DNA from: Oligoflexus sp.
Lineage (GTDB): Bacteria; Bdellovibrionota_B; Oligoflexia; Oligoflexales; Oligoflexaceae
Assembly: GCA_041736305.1 (NCBI GenBank)
Contig: JBGSTX010000233.1
Coordinates: 1 to 32,554 of the forward strand
DNA: 32,554 nucleotides
Direction: 5' to 3'
Under the pieces are notes generated by a model that ran no database searches, was not told the DNA's origin, and saw only the letters and a program-made list of their open reading frames with translations. A program made the translations under genes and the position numbers. Shown one piece after another: positions 18,831 to 26,815 of this stretch; within the stretch, counting starts at the first letter, position 1; every line of letters starts with the position of its first letter.

Positions 18831-19002
18831 ACAGTTCAAATCAGAGGAATGGCAAGTAAATCACTGCTTTCTTAAAAAGGTAGTAACCAAGCGAGGCCCA
18901 AAAGCCCTTCCAAACCCAGTCAAGGGCTGTGTCGATCGTAAAACCGGAAAAATCTCTTTTCATTACGATACCTCCACAGCCTTACCAGCAGGACTTGTGC
19001 CA

Positions 19003-19614
19003 TTACTTACCTTTGTTCTTAATTTCGAAGTCCACCTGCTCGGCTACCATCTTTTCGAAAACTTTCAGCATCTGATGGTGCTCTCCTTCTGGATGAGCAC
19101 CAAAGTAATCGATGAGATAGTGGACTGTTTCGAGAGTCGAATAGGCGGCGGCATTGGGCTGCTCGCGAATGCGAAAACGCGAAGGCTGAGTGGGCTCGAA
19201 ACTCACCTGCTGCAGCCCATGGAGGTTTTTGCTGGCGTAGAACATCTTTTTCGCCATGTGCCAGGTGGCGTCCAGAATTATAAAAACCGCCTCCTGCGGG
19301 GTGGGTTCTGCCAGGTACTCTTTGCGAACGTCGGCGAGATCCATGGCTTTCGGACCTGGAAAGAGCACGAAGAACCTTTTGCTTGGATCGCTAAGAAGCT
19401 CGTTAAGGCGAACATTCTCGGAAAAATCGCTATCGACTATAAGTAGAGCGTTGTTCAAATGGCGAAATGCCATGCGCCCAGTATTAATGGCCTTGCGTGA
19501 CTCCCGGGGATGAAGCAGAATGACAAAGTGCGGGAAGCTCTCAAAACTCTCGACAGCCTCGCAGTAGCACATGATTTGGGCCTTTCGGCAGAGCAGACAG
19601 GTCGATCGAGACAT
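19003..19614 (-). CDS. DTW-domain tRNA-uridine aminocarboxypropyltransferase (TapT-like)
   Basis: CLLC...CYC, LHPRE...INTG, LFPG, ILDATW, SRFRIR, STLE; ATG 19614 after GAGGA. Confidence 0.88.
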   Translation of the reverse strand: MSRSTCLLCRKAQIMCYCEAVESFESFPHFVILLHPRESRKAINTGRMAFRHLNNALLIVDSDFSENVRLNELLSDPSKRFFVLFPGPKAMDLADVRKEYLAEPTPQEAVFIILDATWHMAKKMFYASKNLHGLQQVSFEPTQPSRFRIREQPNAAAYSTLETVHYLIDYFGAHPEGEHHQMLKVFEKMVAEQVDFEIKNKGK

Positions 19615-19848
19615 GAATCCATTCCTCATCAGCGAAACAGAGCAGCCATCCTTATAACGCAAGCTCAGGAAAAGGCTCGATTTATCCAATCAAGCCAAAA
19701 AGGGTGTGAAACCAGCTCTCGAAGTCATGATAGCTTGGTAAAGAGGCTTTTTCGACTTATCGAATTTTAACCTTAGCTGCGATAGATTGAATGTCATTAG
19801 AATCTGCTAAGTTCCATCTTCGCTTTTCTTTCTAACCCGAGGTACAAG

Positions 19849-21003
19849 TTGATCAAAAGCCCGTCTCACGATACTCCTGTACCTCATGGTCGAAAGCGTA
19901 CTGACAAAAGCTTAATGACCGAAAGAGCAAAGACTGATGCTTCCCTGTCCCACGAGCGAGACAGCACGGAGCATAACGCAGATGCAGCCGTATCATTAAA
20001 TAGAGCTAAAGCTGATAAACTAAGATCCGAAGAAAGGTTTAATTCGGATAGCTTATGCGAAGCCGAGCGAGCTGGTCAGCATTGGCCTGATGCTGAGAAT
20101 CGGCTCGAGACTGACCAGCGACTTTATAACGAGCGTCTCGTCGCTGATAAAGCATTAGACCTAGAACGTCGCCATGTAGATTCGGTTCTAGAAAGTGAGC
20201 GTTGGAAAAAGAAGGCTTTTGAACGCAAGTTTTTTCAATTCGAGCGAAACGAGACAGACCAAAATCTAAATCTCGAAAGAAGCTTCACCGACAATGAAGC
20301 GAAACGAGCCAGCGACGCGCTGACGACAAGAGACGATTTTCTGGCTATTGTCAGTCATGACCTCAGAAATCCTCTGGGTTCTATCTCTCTAGCGGCTGAC
20401 CTCCTCATAGAAAGCCCGATCTACCTTTCCTCAAGTGAAGAAGATCGGGAATTTATAGATTTGATTAAACGCAATGCAGACGATGCACTGAGGCTTATTG
20501 AGGACCTCCTCGATGTCGAACGGATGGGGACAGGCAAGCTTTCCGTCGATTTGAAAGACAACTCGATAGCAGAAATTATTCAAGTGTCGCTCAGCTCTTT
20601 TGGTCCACAAGCTCAAGCGAATCAGCTATCGCTCGAGATGGACGCTGCTTTTGAAATACAGGCTGCATGTGATCGCGATCGGATTTTACAGGCCCTATCA
20701 AATTTGATAGGTAACGCCATAAAGTTCACCCCCTCGGGCGGCCGCATCGTCGTCAGCGTTGTACCTGGTGAAAGGGAAATTCAGATAAAGGTAAGCGATA
20801 CAGGTCCGGGCATCCCTAGCAACCTTCAGACTTCAGTCTTTGAGCGCTTGCGACAGTTAGGCAAAGAAAGCCGCCATGGCCTCGGACTGGGCTTATATAT
20901 CTCGAAGATGATCGTAGAAGCCCATAAGGGACGGATTTGGGTGGAAAGTGAAGTAGGACATGGAAGTGAATTTTGCTTCACGATTCCAACCCAACTGAGT
21001 TAA
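19849..21003 (+). CDS. Cytoplasmic sensor histidine kinase (HisKA + HATPase) with repetitive N-terminus
   Basis: VSHDLRNPL H-box; NLIGNAIKFT; DTGPGI; GLGLGL; no transmembrane segment. Confidence 0.9.
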   Translation: MIKSPSHDTPVPHGRKRTDKSLMTERAKTDASLSHERDSTEHNADAAVSLNRAKADKLRSEERFNSDSLCEAERAGQHWPDAENRLETDQRLYNERLVADKALDLERRHVDSVLESERWKKKAFERKFFQFERNETDQNLNLERSFTDNEAKRASDALTTRDDFLAIVSHDLRNPLGSISLAADLLIESPIYLSSSEEDREFIDLIKRNADDALRLIEDLLDVERMGTGKLSVDLKDNSIAEIIQVSLSSFGPQAQANQLSLEMDAAFEIQAACDRDRILQALSNLIGNAIKFTPSGGRIVVSVVPGEREIQIKVSDTGPGIPSNLQTSVFERLRQLGKESRHGLGLGLYISKMIVEAHKGRIWVESEVGHGSEFCFTIPTQLS

Positions 21004-21060
21004 GTGCACAGCCTAGGTTGAGGGCCTTTAACAAGCGAACTATCCATCTCGAGCAAGTCA

Positions 21061-21603
21061 TCAGTACGGGATGACCCCCGAAGTCTTGTACAGAAGCTGA
21101 GCACGCAGAATATACTTCAACCCACTCTCTATCCGCGCGCTATTGTGCACAAAGTTCTGCGGAAAAATAACGGCTTTCCCTGCCTTCGGAGCTATGGACT
21201 GGCGTTTTTCCGGAAAGCCTGTCGCTCCGCCCGCACAAGTATTCAAATAGACCACAATTGTAAACAGACTCTGCACAGTATCACTGAGTTCGATTGCCCC
21301 GTCCTGGTGATCAGGAAAGGTATCGTTTTGGGTATACTTGAAGAACTGGCATGTTCCAGGATGAACACCTACATAAGTCCAGCCCATGATTTCGCGTGGA
21401 GCATAGCGACCGATCATTTCTTCCAACCAGCTACGGTCGAGCTTGGTGTTTTGAATTTTTCGCGATCCTAGATTGGATTGCTTCCACTCTCCCGTCTCGG
21501 CTATTTCAATGCATTCGAGACAGATGCTTTGGCTAAAAAAATCTTCGACTTCAATCGCTTCGAAATTATTTCTCAAAACCTCGCTTAACTTCATTCCACT
21601 CAT
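21061..21603 (-). CDS. 2OG-Fe(II) oxygenase (prolyl-hydroxylase-like)
   Basis: FPDHQDG (HxD), TIVVYLN, GGATGF, PKAGKAVIF, VH, KYILR. Confidence 0.85.
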   Translation of the reverse strand: MSGMKLSEVLRNNFEAIEVEDFFSQSICLECIEIAETGEWKQSNLGSRKIQNTKLDRSWLEEMIGRYAPREIMGWTYVGVHPGTCQFFKYTQNDTFPDHQDGAIELSDTVQSLFTIVVYLNTCAGGATGFPEKRQSIAPKAGKAVIFPQNFVHNSARIESGLKYILRAQLLYKTSGVIPY

Positions 21604-21802
21604 CCTTCCACTAAAATTAAATGCTCACGATGAGCATCCCGAACCTACTCAAGCTTGAGAACGAAAACCCTCATTAGAACTGTGCAAACTGCTTTTTTAA
21701 CTTTTTCTTTCTGCACCGCAGCTGCATCATGACAGCGATAAATCATTTATATAGTGCGCAGCTCGCGATGATAGCAACCGAATCTTAAAAAGGCTCTACC
21801 TG

Positions 21803-22690
21803 ATGACTAAGCTAACAGCCTTATCGCTCGGGATCCTGCTGGTACTCGTAATCGTAGCTCTTGCTCTCTTCAGAAAAAAGGCGGAAGTCGAACCACGTCC
21901 GCAGGATAGTGAACTCAGCCTCGACGAGAAGCTTCCGGCTCAATCTGCATCAACGCAGAAAGACATCGAGACAGACAGCCCTGCTGACCGTGCCGTTGCG
22001 CGACGGGCAGAAGCAGACGCAGAAGCAAAATCGCAGATCGCGCGCAATAATCCCGAAGCAGGTGGGTCAGCTACTAATGAAGCCGAAACAATAGCTGAGG
22101 TAAAGGATCCCAACGCCGCCGCTCCCATCGAGATGATGCCGGAGGACTATGAGACCAATATCAAGCCTGAGACCCCGCGACCAGCATTTGACATCAAGAA
22201 TTTTGCGGTCGACGAAGTCCTGGCTCTGCCTACTACCGACAAGCAAAAATTCCTCGAGCGAAACAAGCTTTCCGATCCCGAAAAATACCGGAGATTCCGC
22301 TATCTCTCTGATGTCGGAGTCATCGATCGCCTGCTCAAAGGGCGCTATCGGGGTACCATCGAGGGCAAAGGCTGGACCATCGCACTCGACATTGCAGGCC
22401 AACTCGATGGCGAACATTTCAATGGTCAGCTAGCCGTGAATCTCTTCTCAGCAACGCAAGATCCAATCAGCAGCAGCTCGGCTAACGGACCCCTGGATTC
22501 GCACGTACGGGTTGTAGATGAAGGTGACAAGAACTCACTGCTGATAATGCCAAGCAGTGAAGGTGAAGGCAGCATGTTCCAGATTTTCATAGGCAACGAG
22601 AATAGAGACATGCTGGCAGGCAACTACTATGTAAAGGGAGAAGATGGGACGTTCGAAAGGATAGGGCCCTTTGTTTTAAAGCGCATCTGA
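21803..22690 (+). CDS. Membrane-anchored hypothetical protein
   Basis: One N-terminal TM helix, acidic Ala/Pro-rich linker, beta-rich C-terminal domain. Confidence 0.75.
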   Translation: MTKLTALSLGILLVLVIVALALFRKKAEVEPRPQDSELSLDEKLPAQSASTQKDIETDSPADRAVARRAEADAEAKSQIARNNPEAGGSATNEAETIAEVKDPNAAAPIEMMPEDYETNIKPETPRPAFDIKNFAVDEVLALPTTDKQKFLERNKLSDPEKYRRFRYLSDVGVIDRLLKGRYRGTIEGKGWTIALDIAGQLDGEHFNGQLAVNLFSATQDPISSSSANGPLDSHVRVVDEGDKNSLLIMPSSEGEGSMFQIFIGNENRDMLAGNYYVKGEDGTFERIGPFVLKRI

Positions 22691-22744
22691 GTTCTTGATA
22701 AATAACTCAGCTGGCAAATTTAACCACAGAAGGAGACTTTGAAA

Positions 22745-23146
22745 ATGGACCCCAAAATGCTTGAAGAGGCCAAGGAGATCTTGCGAAAACTGAAGGAGAG
22801 TCGAGAACCCAGCGGAGTCCTGAAGCGCGCCAGCATGCTGGCAGTCGTGCTCGGCTTCGTACAATCCTCTGCTGTCCTCGGCGCGGACAATGATGTTAAC
22901 AAACTTGTTAACTCCCTCAGCAAATCCTCTGTAGAAGGTGAACGCATCCTTCCCTGGGGCGGCGGTGGTGGCGGCCGTCCAGGTGGAGGTCATGGCGGCG
23001 GTCATGGCGGCGGTCATGGCGGAGGCTGGAAAGATTGGAAAGACTGGAAAGACTGGAGCGATTGGAAGGACTGGAAAAACTGGAACGATTGGAAGGACTG
23101 GAAAAACTGGAACGACTGGCGTGACTGGAAGAACTTCCGTCCTTGA
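22745..23146 (+). CDS. Triceptide (cyclophane RiPP) precursor, GrrA/OscA-like, with Gly/His linker and 12 W-x-D/N repeats
   Basis: ATG 22745 is 9 nt after AGGAG; hydrophobic leader; LPWGGGGGGRP(GGGH)3GGG(WxD/N)12FRP; adjacent to a GrrM-type rSAM gene. Confidence 0.85.
   Translation: MDPKMLEEAKEILRKLKESREPSGVLKRASMLAVVLGFVQSSAVLGADNDVNKLVNSLSKSSVEGERILPWGGGGGGRPGGGHGGGHGGGHGGGWKDWKDWKDWSDWKDWKNWNDWKDWKNWNDWRDWKNFRP
22988..23134 (+). repeat. Coding tandem repeats: 12 nt x3, then 9 nt x12
   Basis: GGTCATGGCGG(C/A) x3 at 22988-23023; TGGnnn(G/A)A(C/T) x12 at 23027-23134. Confidence 0.95.
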
Positions 23147-23162
23147 TAGTTTGCTTTAGTGG

Positions 23163-23194
23163 GGTCCCCAAGCATGGTGCCTGGGGACCATTTT
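23163..23194 (+). terminator. Hairpin between precursor and maturase genes
   Basis: GGTCCCCA(23163-23170)...TGGGGACC(23182-23189) followed by ATTTT. Confidence 0.55.
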
Positions 23195-23215
23195 CTGTCA
23201 GCGAATGGTGAAATC

Positions 23216-24370
23216 ATGGGACCTATACGACTCCTCATCCTGCAGGCAACGCCTTTTTGCAATTTGGCCTGTACCTATTGCTACCTTCCCGACAAGTCGA
23301 TAAAAAAGCGTATGCCTATGGATGTGATCGAAGCCAGCATTCGCAAAATCGCCGAAGCGGGGCTTATCCACGAAGAGTTTTCCGTGGTTTGGCATGCCGG
23401 CGAGCCATTGGCTGCCGGAATAAAATTTTATCGCGATGCCGATGCGGTGATCCGTAAAGCTCTTCCAGAAGGAATACGGTTTAAATACTGCATACAAACC
23501 AACGGCACCTTAATTACTGACGAATGGTGTCAGCTGTTTAAAGAACTCGACGTCCACCTCGGAGTAAGCGTCGATGGCCCTGCATTTATCAACGACAAGT
23601 TCCGTCTCGACAAGACCGGCAAGGGTAGCCTTGCCAAAGTCATCGAAGGCGTCGAGTGTCTAAAGCGCAACAATATCGGCTTTCATACGATATCTGTTAT
23701 TACTAAGGACGCCGTCAAGGAGCCCGAGCCGATTTTCAACTTCCTCCGCAGCCTAGAACCCGAGAGCATAGCTTTCAACGTCGAGGAAATAGAAGGCGTC
23801 CACGCCAGCTCCAGCCTCTCCTCAGTGTCTGAAGAGGAATTTGGCCAATTTATGCGTCGTATGCATGAGCTCTCGTTTGCGATCAATGACCCTAACTACG
23901 TCCGTGAACTGAGGCAGGCCCATCATGCGGTCATCGGCAGTCTCATGAACTTCCCCCACCAACTGACGATGGAGACCAATCCCCTCAGCATCATCAACGT
24001 CGATACAAAAGGGAACTTCAGTAGCTTCAGCCCAGAATTGCTCGGTATGAATCACGCCGATTACGGCGATTTCATTCTGGGCAACTTTCTCGAGTCCGGC
24101 ATAGAAGAGCTGCTCCTCTCGCCGAAATTCAGGCGTATGACCGAGTCAATTATCGAAGGCGTGAAGAAATGCGAAGCGACTTGTGAGTATTTCCATTTTT
24201 GCGGCGGCGGAGCGCCTTCCAATAAGCTCTTTGAAAATGGGAGCTTTGATTCCGCAGAAACTATGCACTGCCGCATGACCAAGAAAGTAGTGACTGATAT
24301 CGTACTGAGTCGAATGGAGCAAATGGTGGAGCATGAGGTTCCGCGGGAACTTGCGGAACTTCTGGCGTGA
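23216..24370 (+). CDS. grrM: Cyclophane-forming radical SAM/SPASM peptide maturase, GrrM/OscB family
   Basis: LLILQATPFCNLACTYCYLP (CxxxCxxC), VVWHAGEPL, QTNGTLI, GVSVDGP, FNVEEIEG, SSFSPELLG, CEATCEYFHFCGGGAPSNKLFENGSFDSAETMHC. Confidence 0.88.
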   Translation: MGPIRLLILQATPFCNLACTYCYLPDKSIKKRMPMDVIEASIRKIAEAGLIHEEFSVVWHAGEPLAAGIKFYRDADAVIRKALPEGIRFKYCIQTNGTLITDEWCQLFKELDVHLGVSVDGPAFINDKFRLDKTGKGSLAKVIEGVECLKRNNIGFHTISVITKDAVKEPEPIFNFLRSLEPESIAFNVEEIEGVHASSSLSSVSEEEFGQFMRRMHELSFAINDPNYVRELRQAHHAVIGSLMNFPHQLTMETNPLSIINVDTKGNFSSFSPELLGMNHADYGDFILGNFLESGIEELLLSPKFRRMTESIIEGVKKCEATCEYFHFCGGGAPSNKLFENGSFDSAETMHCRMTKKVVTDIVLSRMEQMVEHEVPRELAELLA

Positions 24371-24599
24371 AGGATAGGAGTGACAGAAGCTTAGAAGAGG
24401 ACTCCTGATGTAGTCTTCTCGCACTCCACTCTGAAGGTCTGTACCTACAATAGTGAGCTTGGGGACGGAGGATTTTGGCGGGGAATTTGGAAATTTTGAT
24501 TTATATCGCCGGCTTTAGAGAGAATGAGGAGATTTTAAGAATTTGGTCTGGCTCTTGCTAAAGAAGAAGTAGGTCCATACTAATCTCAAGGAGGCTCCC

Positions 24600-24860
24600 A
24601 TGGGACTCATCGTGACTCTCATTATTGGCTTGTTCGTCGGTGTCGTGGCTAAGTTGCTTATGCCCGGCCGTGATCCTGGTGGTTTCATTATCACGATCTT
24701 GCTCGGTATTGGTGGTGCGTTTATCGCCAATTATCTCGGAAGAGCCGCCGGATGGTATCGCGCTGACGAACCTGTAGGATTTATTGCCTCGGTTCTCGGC
24801 GCTATGATCCTCCTCGGCCTATACCGCCTCATCGCTGGTCGTCGATCTCTGACCCACTAA
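24600..24860 (+). CDS. GlsB/YeaQ/YmgE family (transglycosylase-associated) membrane protein
   Basis: IIGLFVGVVAKLLMPG...TILLGIGGAFIA...IASVLGAMILL; RBS AGGAGG. Confidence 0.92.
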   Translation: MGLIVTLIIGLFVGVVAKLLMPGRDPGGFIITILLGIGGAFIANYLGRAAGWYRADEPVGFIASVLGAMILLGLYRLIAGRRSLTH

Positions 24861-25034
24861 GCCATTCGCACCGTTCACAAGCTTACCGAGTCGACACTGG
24901 CTTTATCCCGTGAACGACTCGGAGGCTCATGCAGCGACATCTTCTTCTCCGCTTTCATTTCTCTTGATCCGCTCTTCAAGCCCCGGTAACTTGGCCGTGA
25001 ATCATCGTTTTGCTCCTTTTCATGAAGTAAAAGA

Positions 25035-26762
25035 ATGCTAAAATTACGCCCCTATCAGCAGGAAGCGGTCGATGCAACTATCCGCTATTTCCAGAAGCAG
25101 CGTGATCCGGCCCTGATTGTCCTCCCGACAGGCGCAGGAAAAAGTCTCCTTATCGCCGCTCTAGCCCGTCTGGCCAAAGGCCGGGTTCTCGTCTTGGCTC
25201 ACGTCAAAGAACTCGTAGAGCAAAATCACGCCAAATATTTAAGCTACGGCGTTGAAGCTGGTATCTATGCAGCGGGTCTGCGGCGAAAGGATAAAGAGCA
25301 GAAAGTTATTTTTGGCAGTATCCAATCTGTGGCCCGTGCCGAAGCGGAATTTTTTCATGGTTTCTCCCTCCTCATCATCGACGAATGTCACCGCGTGGCA
25401 GTGAGCGAGGACACTCAGTATGCTCTTGTTATGGAAAAACTACGTAGTCACAACCCTCAGCTCTGTATTCTTGGCCTGACTGCGACGCCCTATAGAATGG
25501 GATTGGGTTGGATTTACCAGTATCACGTGAGAGGAATGCTCCGGACAGCGGAAGCTCGTTTTTTCAAAAAGTGCATTTATGAGCTCTCGCTCCGCCATAT
25601 GATCGAAACCGGCTATTTGACTCCGCCCATCAGGATAGACTCTCCTGTCGCCTCCTATGATTTCTCCAGCTTGAAACTGAAGCGACAGGGGAGCAGCTTT
25701 TCTATGAACGAGGTTGAAAACCTTCTCAAAGACCAAAAGCGCATTACCCCCGTCATCATTTCTCATGTTTTGGAAATGGCTAAAGATCGCCAGGGTGTGA
25801 TGATTTTTACGGCGTCTGTTCGTCATGCCGAAGAAATTTTGAGTCTGCTACCCAGCGCGGATGCAGCTTTAATCGTCGGTGAAACCGCTGGTCCTGAGCG
25901 CGATCGAATCGTCGAAGATTTCAAGGCACGCCGCCTGAAATTTTTGGTCAATGTCTCTGTTCTGACGACCGGCTTCGATGCTCCCCATGTCGATCTTATT
26001 GCGCTCCTGCGTCCTACAGAATCGGTGAGTCTCTATCAGCAGATTCTGGGGCGCGGCTTGCGGCTGAGTCCAGGTAAAACCGACTGTTTGCTTTTGGATT
26101 ACACGGGCCAAGGTCACGACCTCTATAGCCCTGAAATAGACGAAGACCGCCCCAGCCCTGAGACTGTGCCTGTAGAAGTCCCCTGTCCCGAGTGCGGACA
26201 TCGCAACACCTTTTGGGGCATCGTCGATCCCGATGGTGAACTCATCGAACACTTTGGGCGCAAGTGTCAGGGGGCCAGCGAAGATCCCCATACCTTCGCC
26301 ATCCGCCCTTGTACGTTTCGCTTCCGCTTCAAGCGCTGCCCTGCCTGCGCTGGAGAAAACGACATTGCGGCCCGTATCTGTGCCAGCTGCTCAGCGACCC
26401 TCGTCGACAATGACAAAAAGCTCCGTGAGGCCATGTCACTCAAGGATGCCCACGTGATGCGGCCAGATTCTATGATTTTTGAGACGAAACACGACAAGAA
26501 GGGCAGGGATTATCTGGAGGTTCGCTATTATGACCATGACGGCGAGTCGTTACGGGAATTTTTTTCCTTAGGTTCAGTAACAGAGAGAAAGGCTTTTCAG
26601 CTTAATTTTATGCGTATGCATCTTCGCCTTCCTGAGAAGCCGCCGCTGGTTAATCATGCCGATGACGTGGTGGAGCAGAGTGAGTTGTTTCGCCTGCCGA
26701 TGTTTATTATCGCGCGGAAGAAAACGAAGTTCTGGGAAATTCGAGAAAAAATCTTTGAATAA
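25035..26762 (+). CDS. radD: Superfamily 2 DNA repair helicase RadD (YejH)
   Basis: LRPYQ, LPTGAGKS, DECH, LTATP, LTTGFDAP, QILGRGLR; Zn fingers CPECG, CPAC, CASC; ends REKIF. Confidence 0.9.
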   Translation: MLKLRPYQQEAVDATIRYFQKQRDPALIVLPTGAGKSLLIAALARLAKGRVLVLAHVKELVEQNHAKYLSYGVEAGIYAAGLRRKDKEQKVIFGSIQSVARAEAEFFHGFSLLIIDECHRVAVSEDTQYALVMEKLRSHNPQLCILGLTATPYRMGLGWIYQYHVRGMLRTAEARFFKKCIYELSLRHMIETGYLTPPIRIDSPVASYDFSSLKLKRQGSSFSMNEVENLLKDQKRITPVIISHVLEMAKDRQGVMIFTASVRHAEEILSLLPSADAALIVGETAGPERDRIVEDFKARRLKFLVNVSVLTTGFDAPHVDLIALLRPTESVSLYQQILGRGLRLSPGKTDCLLLDYTGQGHDLYSPEIDEDRPSPETVPVEVPCPECGHRNTFWGIVDPDGELIEHFGRKCQGASEDPHTFAIRPCTFRFRFKRCPACAGENDIAARICASCSATLVDNDKKLREAMSLKDAHVMRPDSMIFETKHDKKGRDYLEVRYYDHDGESLREFFSLGSVTERKAFQLNFMRMHLRLPEKPPLVNHADDVVEQSELFRLPMFIIARKKTKFWEIREKIFE

Positions 26763-26764
26763 AG

Positions 26765-26790
26765 GAGTTGCAGGTCTAAGCCTGCAACTC
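26765..26790. terminator. Hairpin between convergent genes
   Basis: GAGTTGCAGG-tctaag-CCTGCAACTC. Confidence 0.65.
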
Positions 26791-26815
26791 ATCCAATTTC
26801 TATTTACTGACTAAC

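Noticed and set aside
17387-19446. Long antisense ORFs at 17387-17992 and 18997-19446
   Set aside because: They overlap well-supported genes on the opposite strand and have no motifs of their own
22917-23262. Alternative-frame repeat ORFs (FQSFQS, GKTGKT, SSFSSP) and a possible CRISPR reading of the array
   Set aside because: They are by-products of the 9-nt coding repeat. There are no unique spacers or cas genes, and only the Trp frame has an RBS and fits the adjacent enzyme.
25035-26762. Helicase as an anti-phage or restriction component
   Set aside because: Its architecture matches housekeeping RadD, and no methylase or nuclease partner is adjacent
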